A DNA stretch of 51,207 nucleotides from positions 1 to 51,207 of the forward strand of contig CAYRTG010000005.1 in assembly GCA_964427365.1 (NCBI GenBank), in the 5' to 3' direction. The DNA is from an uncultured Ruminococcus sp. (lineage in GTDB: Bacteria; Bacillota; Clostridia; Oscillospirales; Acutalibacteraceae). The notes below the pieces were generated by a model. It was not told where the DNA came from, did no database searches, and saw only the letters and a list, made by a program, of their open reading frames with translations. Positions 48,156-51,207 of this stretch are shown piece by piece. Positions within the stretch are counted from its first letter, which is position 1. Each line of letters starts with the position of its first letter. A program made the position numbers and the translations under genes.

Positions 48156-51035
48156 ATGAATCCATTAAAAGCATTGTTCGGAAATTACAGCAAGCGAGAA
48201 ATCAAAAGAGTTCAGCCAATTGCTGACAAGGTTCTTGCACTTGATGAAAAGTATAAAGCTATGAGCGAGGCTGAACTTAAACAGCAGACTGCTATATTAA
48301 AGGAACGCCTTACTAACGGGGAAACTACTGACGACATTTTACCTGACGCATTTGCTGTTTGCCGAGAAGCTTCTATGCGTGTACTCGGTATGAAGCACTT
48401 TCCTGTACAGGTTATCGGCGGTATCGTTCTTCATCAGGGTAGAATTGCAGAAATGAAAACAGGTGAAGGAAAAACCTTAGTTGCTACCTTGCCTGCATAC
48501 TTAAACGGTCTTACAGGTAATGGCGTTCACATTGTAACTGTCAACGATTACCTTGCAAGACGTGACTCAGAGTGGATGGGTAAGCTTTACCGTTATCTTG
48601 GTCTTACAGTAGGTCTTATTGTCCACGACCTTGACCCTGCTGAAAGAAAATCTGCATATGACGCAGACATTACATATGGTACAAACAATGAACTTGGCTT
48701 TGACTACTTAAGAGATAATATGGTAGTTTATAAAGAAAACAAGGTTCAGCGCGGTCACGCATTTGCAATTGTGGACGAGGTTGATTCAATCCTTATTGAT
48801 GAAGCTCGTACTCCTCTTATTATCAGTGGTCAGGGTGACAAAAGCACCGAGCTTTACACTCAGGCTAACAGATTTGCCAAAACCCTTACAGTTAAGCGTT
48901 TTGCTGAGCTTAACTCAAAAGAGGATATGGATGAATACTACGCTGAAAACGGCATTGACTATGTAGTTGATGAAAAGCAGAAAACTGCAACCCTTACGCA
49001 AAGCGGTGTTAAGAAAGCAGAGACATTCTTTAATATTGACAACCTAACTGACCCTGAAAACCTTACAATTCAGCACCACGTTAATCAGGCTATCCGAGCA
49101 AACGGCATTATGAAACGTGATGTCGACTATGTTGTAAAAGACGGAGAGATTATTATAGTTGATGAGTTCACAGGACGTCTTATGTACGGTCGCCGATACA
49201 ACGAAGGCCTTCATCAGGCTATTGAAGCTAAAGAGGGAGTTAAGGTTCAGAATGAGAGCAAAACTCTTGCTACCATTACATTCCAAAACTACTTCCGTTT
49301 ATATAATAAACTTTCCGGCATGACAGGTACCGCACTTACCGAAGAAACAGAATTTCAGGAGATTTACAAGCTTGACGTACTTGAAATCCCTACAAATAAG
49401 CCACTTATACGTAAAGATTTGCCTGACGCAATTTACAAAACAGAAAAGGGCAAATTTATGGCGGTTATTGAGCAAATTGTTGAGGCTAATAAAATCGGTC
49501 AACCTGTTCTTGTGGGTACAATTTCAATTGAAAAATCAGAGCTTTTGTCAAAAATGCTTAAAAAGCGTGGTATAGCTCATAATGTACTGAATGCTAAACA
49601 GCACGATAAGGAAGCAGAAATCGTTGCACAGGCAGGTAAGTTTGGAGCCGTTACAATTGCTACAAATATGGCAGGTCGTGGTACAGATATTATCCTTGGA
49701 GGTAACGCAGAATATCTTGCAAAGGCTTCGATGAGAAAGCAAGGCTTTCCTGAGGAGCTTATTGCCGAGGCAACAGGCTTTGCCGAAACTGATGATGAGG
49801 AAATCCTTGAAGCAAGAAAAACCTTTGCAGAGCTTAATGAAAAATATAGCGTAGAAATTAAGGAAGAAGCTAAAAAGGTAATAGATGTCGGCGGTTTGTT
49901 TATTATAGGTACAGAGCGTCACGAGTCAAGACGTATTGACAACCAGCTTCGCGGACGTGCAGGTCGTCAGGGAGACCCCGGAAAGAGCAGGTTTTTCCTT
50001 TCAACTGAGGACGACTTAATGCGTCTGTTCGGTGGTGACAGAATGAAAGCTATGATGTCAAGGCTGAATGTTCAGGAGGATATGCCTATTGAGAATAAAA
50101 TGCTTTCTAATATTATAGAAAGCTCACAGGAAAAGGTTGAAATGCGTAACTTCGGTATTCGTAAGGACGTACTACAGTATGACGATGTTCTTAATAAACA
50201 GCGTGAGATTATTTATACTCAACGTGATCAGGTTCTCAATGGTGAAAATCTGAGAGATACTGTTATGAAAATGATTGAAGAAAGCATTGCTGACAATATT
50301 AAACTTTACCTGCCTGAAGGTATTCATGATAATTGGAACTACACAGCGCTCCTTAATACATACAAGGACTGGGTTATTACTGACAGAGAAAAGTATAACT
50401 TTACCGATGATGAATATGAAATGGTTGAGCAGGACGAAATCAAGGGAATGATTGTTGAAGACGCTCAGGCTGTTTACGCTGAAAATGAAAAAATGCTGCC
50501 TGAAGAAGTTATCAGAGAACTTGAACGTAAATATATTCTTAACAGCGTTGATACTCATTGGATGGATCATATTGACAATATGGAACAGCTTAAGGCAGGT
50601 ATACACCTGCGTTCATACGGCCAGCACGACCCTGTAGTTGAATATCGTCTTGAGGGCTTTGATATGTTTGATGAAATGATTGCCGCAATCCGTGAGGATA
50701 CAGCAAAACTTGCGCTTACACATCCAAGACAGGTTGCAAAGCAGATTATTGACAGACAGCGCAGAAGCGAAGCTATTGCAGCAGCAAGAAGACTCGCAGC
50801 AGAAAAGGCAAACGGCAGAGCAGCAACTTATGTCGAAAATGAGGAGCCTGTAGATGATGATGTTCTAAAGAAAGCTATGGAGCGTCAACAGGTTGCTAAG
50901 CCAACAGCAACCTCCGGCGACGGCACAGACTCAGGAAATAAAACAATCCGTAAAGGCAAAAAGATAGGCAGAAATGACCCTTGCCCCTGCGGCAGCGGAA
51001 AGAAATACAAAAAGTGTTGCGGCAGAGATGAATAA
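48156..51035 (+). CDS. secA: Preprotein translocase subunit SecA
   Basis: [55 protein letters not shown] motif [18 protein letters not shown]. Confidence 0.98.
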   Translation: MNPLKALFGNYSKREIKRVQPIADKVLALDEKYKAMSEAELKQQTAILKERLTNGETTDDILPDAFAVCREASMRVLGMKHFPVQVIGGIVLHQGRIAEMKTGEGKTLVATLPAYLNGLTGNGVHIVTVNDYLARRDSEWMGKLYRYLGLTVGLIVHDLDPAERKSAYDADITYGTNNELGFDYLRDNMVVYKENKVQRGHAFAIVDEVDSILIDEARTPLIISGQGDKSTELYTQANRFAKTLTVKRFAELNSKEDMDEYYAENGIDYVVDEKQKTATLTQSGVKKAETFFNIDNLTDPENLTIQHHVNQAIRANGIMKRDVDYVVKDGEIIIVDEFTGRLMYGRRYNEGLHQAIEAKEGVKVQNESKTLATITFQNYFRLYNKLSGMTGTALTEETEFQEIYKLDVLEIPTNKPLIRKDLPDAIYKTEKGKFMAVIEQIVEANKIGQPVLVGTISIEKSELLSKMLKKRGIAHNVLNAKQHDKEAEIVAQAGKFGAVTIATNMAGRGTDIILGGNAEYLAKASMRKQGFPEELIAEATGFAETDDEEILEARKTFAELNEKYSVEIKEEAKKVIDVGGLFIIGTERHESRRIDNQLRGRAGRQGDPGKSRFFLSTEDDLMRLFGGDRMKAMMSRLNVQEDMPIENKMLSNIIESSQEKVEMRNFGIRKDVLQYDDVLNKQREIIYTQRDQVLNGENLRDTVMKMIEESIADNIKLYLPEGIHDNWNYTALLNTYKDWVITDREKYNFTDDEYEMVEQDEIKGMIVEDAQAVYAENEKMLPEEVIRELERKYILNSVDTHWMDHIDNMEQLKAGIHLRSYGQHDPVVEYRLEGFDMFDEMIAAIREDTAKLALTHPRQVAKQIIDRQRRSEAIAAARRLAAEKANGRAATYVENEEPVDDDVLKKAMERQQVAKPTATSGDGTDSGNKTIRKGKKIGRNDPCPCGSGKKYKKCCGRDE

Positions 51036-51049
51036 TAAACTATAATTAA

Positions 51050-51095
51050 AAGGCACTTAACCGATATATTTTCAGTTAAGTGCCTTACTGTTTAT
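51050..51095. terminator. Bidirectional terminator after secA
   Basis: AAGGCACTTAAC...GTTAAGTGCCTT inverted repeat between convergent stops. Confidence 0.75.
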
Positions 51096-51207
51096 TAAAT
51101 TACTTTTACTTTAATTTTTAAAGTCTTAACTCCGTTTACTTTAACCTTGACTGTGGTTGTTCCTCCGGTTATTCCTTTGATTTTAATTTTGCTTGCAGAG
51201 GTTTTGG
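51095..51207 (-). CDS. 3' end of a gene truncated by the window edge; Lys/Val-rich beta-strand C-terminus of a surface protein
   Basis: Minus frame KTSASKIKIKGITGGTTTVKVKVNGVKTLKIKVKVI* ending at the terminator. Confidence 0.65.
   Translation of the reverse strand, partial: KTSASKIKIKGITGGTTTVKVKVNGVKTLKIKVKVI

Noticed and set aside
50720-50960. Extended Ala/Arg-rich linker before the SecA SEC-C motif
   Set aside because: This region is known to vary in length and composition among SecA proteins

Overview
A low-GC chromosomal segment that reads as Clostridia, probably Ruminococcus/Oscillospiraceae (inferred from the dockerin, T-box, THF riboswitch and gene content). The housekeeping backbone is pyrC-aldolase-pyrF, serC-serA, a THF-riboswitch folate operon (folE-HD-folP-folBK-folA), a NifU-like/GGGtGRT pair, tatD, lepA, T-box-valS, a noc/parB-like gene, bioY with tandem BirA-type operators, an FHA-FtsW/RodA fusion with a class B PBP, and secA. 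Two accessory blocks interrupt it. The first is a ~14 kb secreted-protein locus (8.3-22.1 kb). It encodes a 2901-aa fibro-slime protein in which ~1,540 aa (3 CBM26-like modules, 4 tandem double-SH3-like units and a GH25 muramidase) appear to be inserted inside one Ig-like domain. An LRR-dockerin protein, a Ca-repeat/vWA/lipase protein and a 62-aa YxxPxL peptide follow it. The second is a sulfate-activation/sulfation cassette (cysQ, ChrA-family transporter, cysD, cysNC, sulfotransferase-like) with no reductive genes. A previously unannotated multi-hairpin element with compensatory base changes occurs three times (3112, 26169, 37990), and an IS200/IS605-like palindromic scar lies at ~44.6-44.8 kb. 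No CRISPR array, rRNA, tRNA or intact transposase was seen. All family assignments come from motifs read by eye; no database searches were run.
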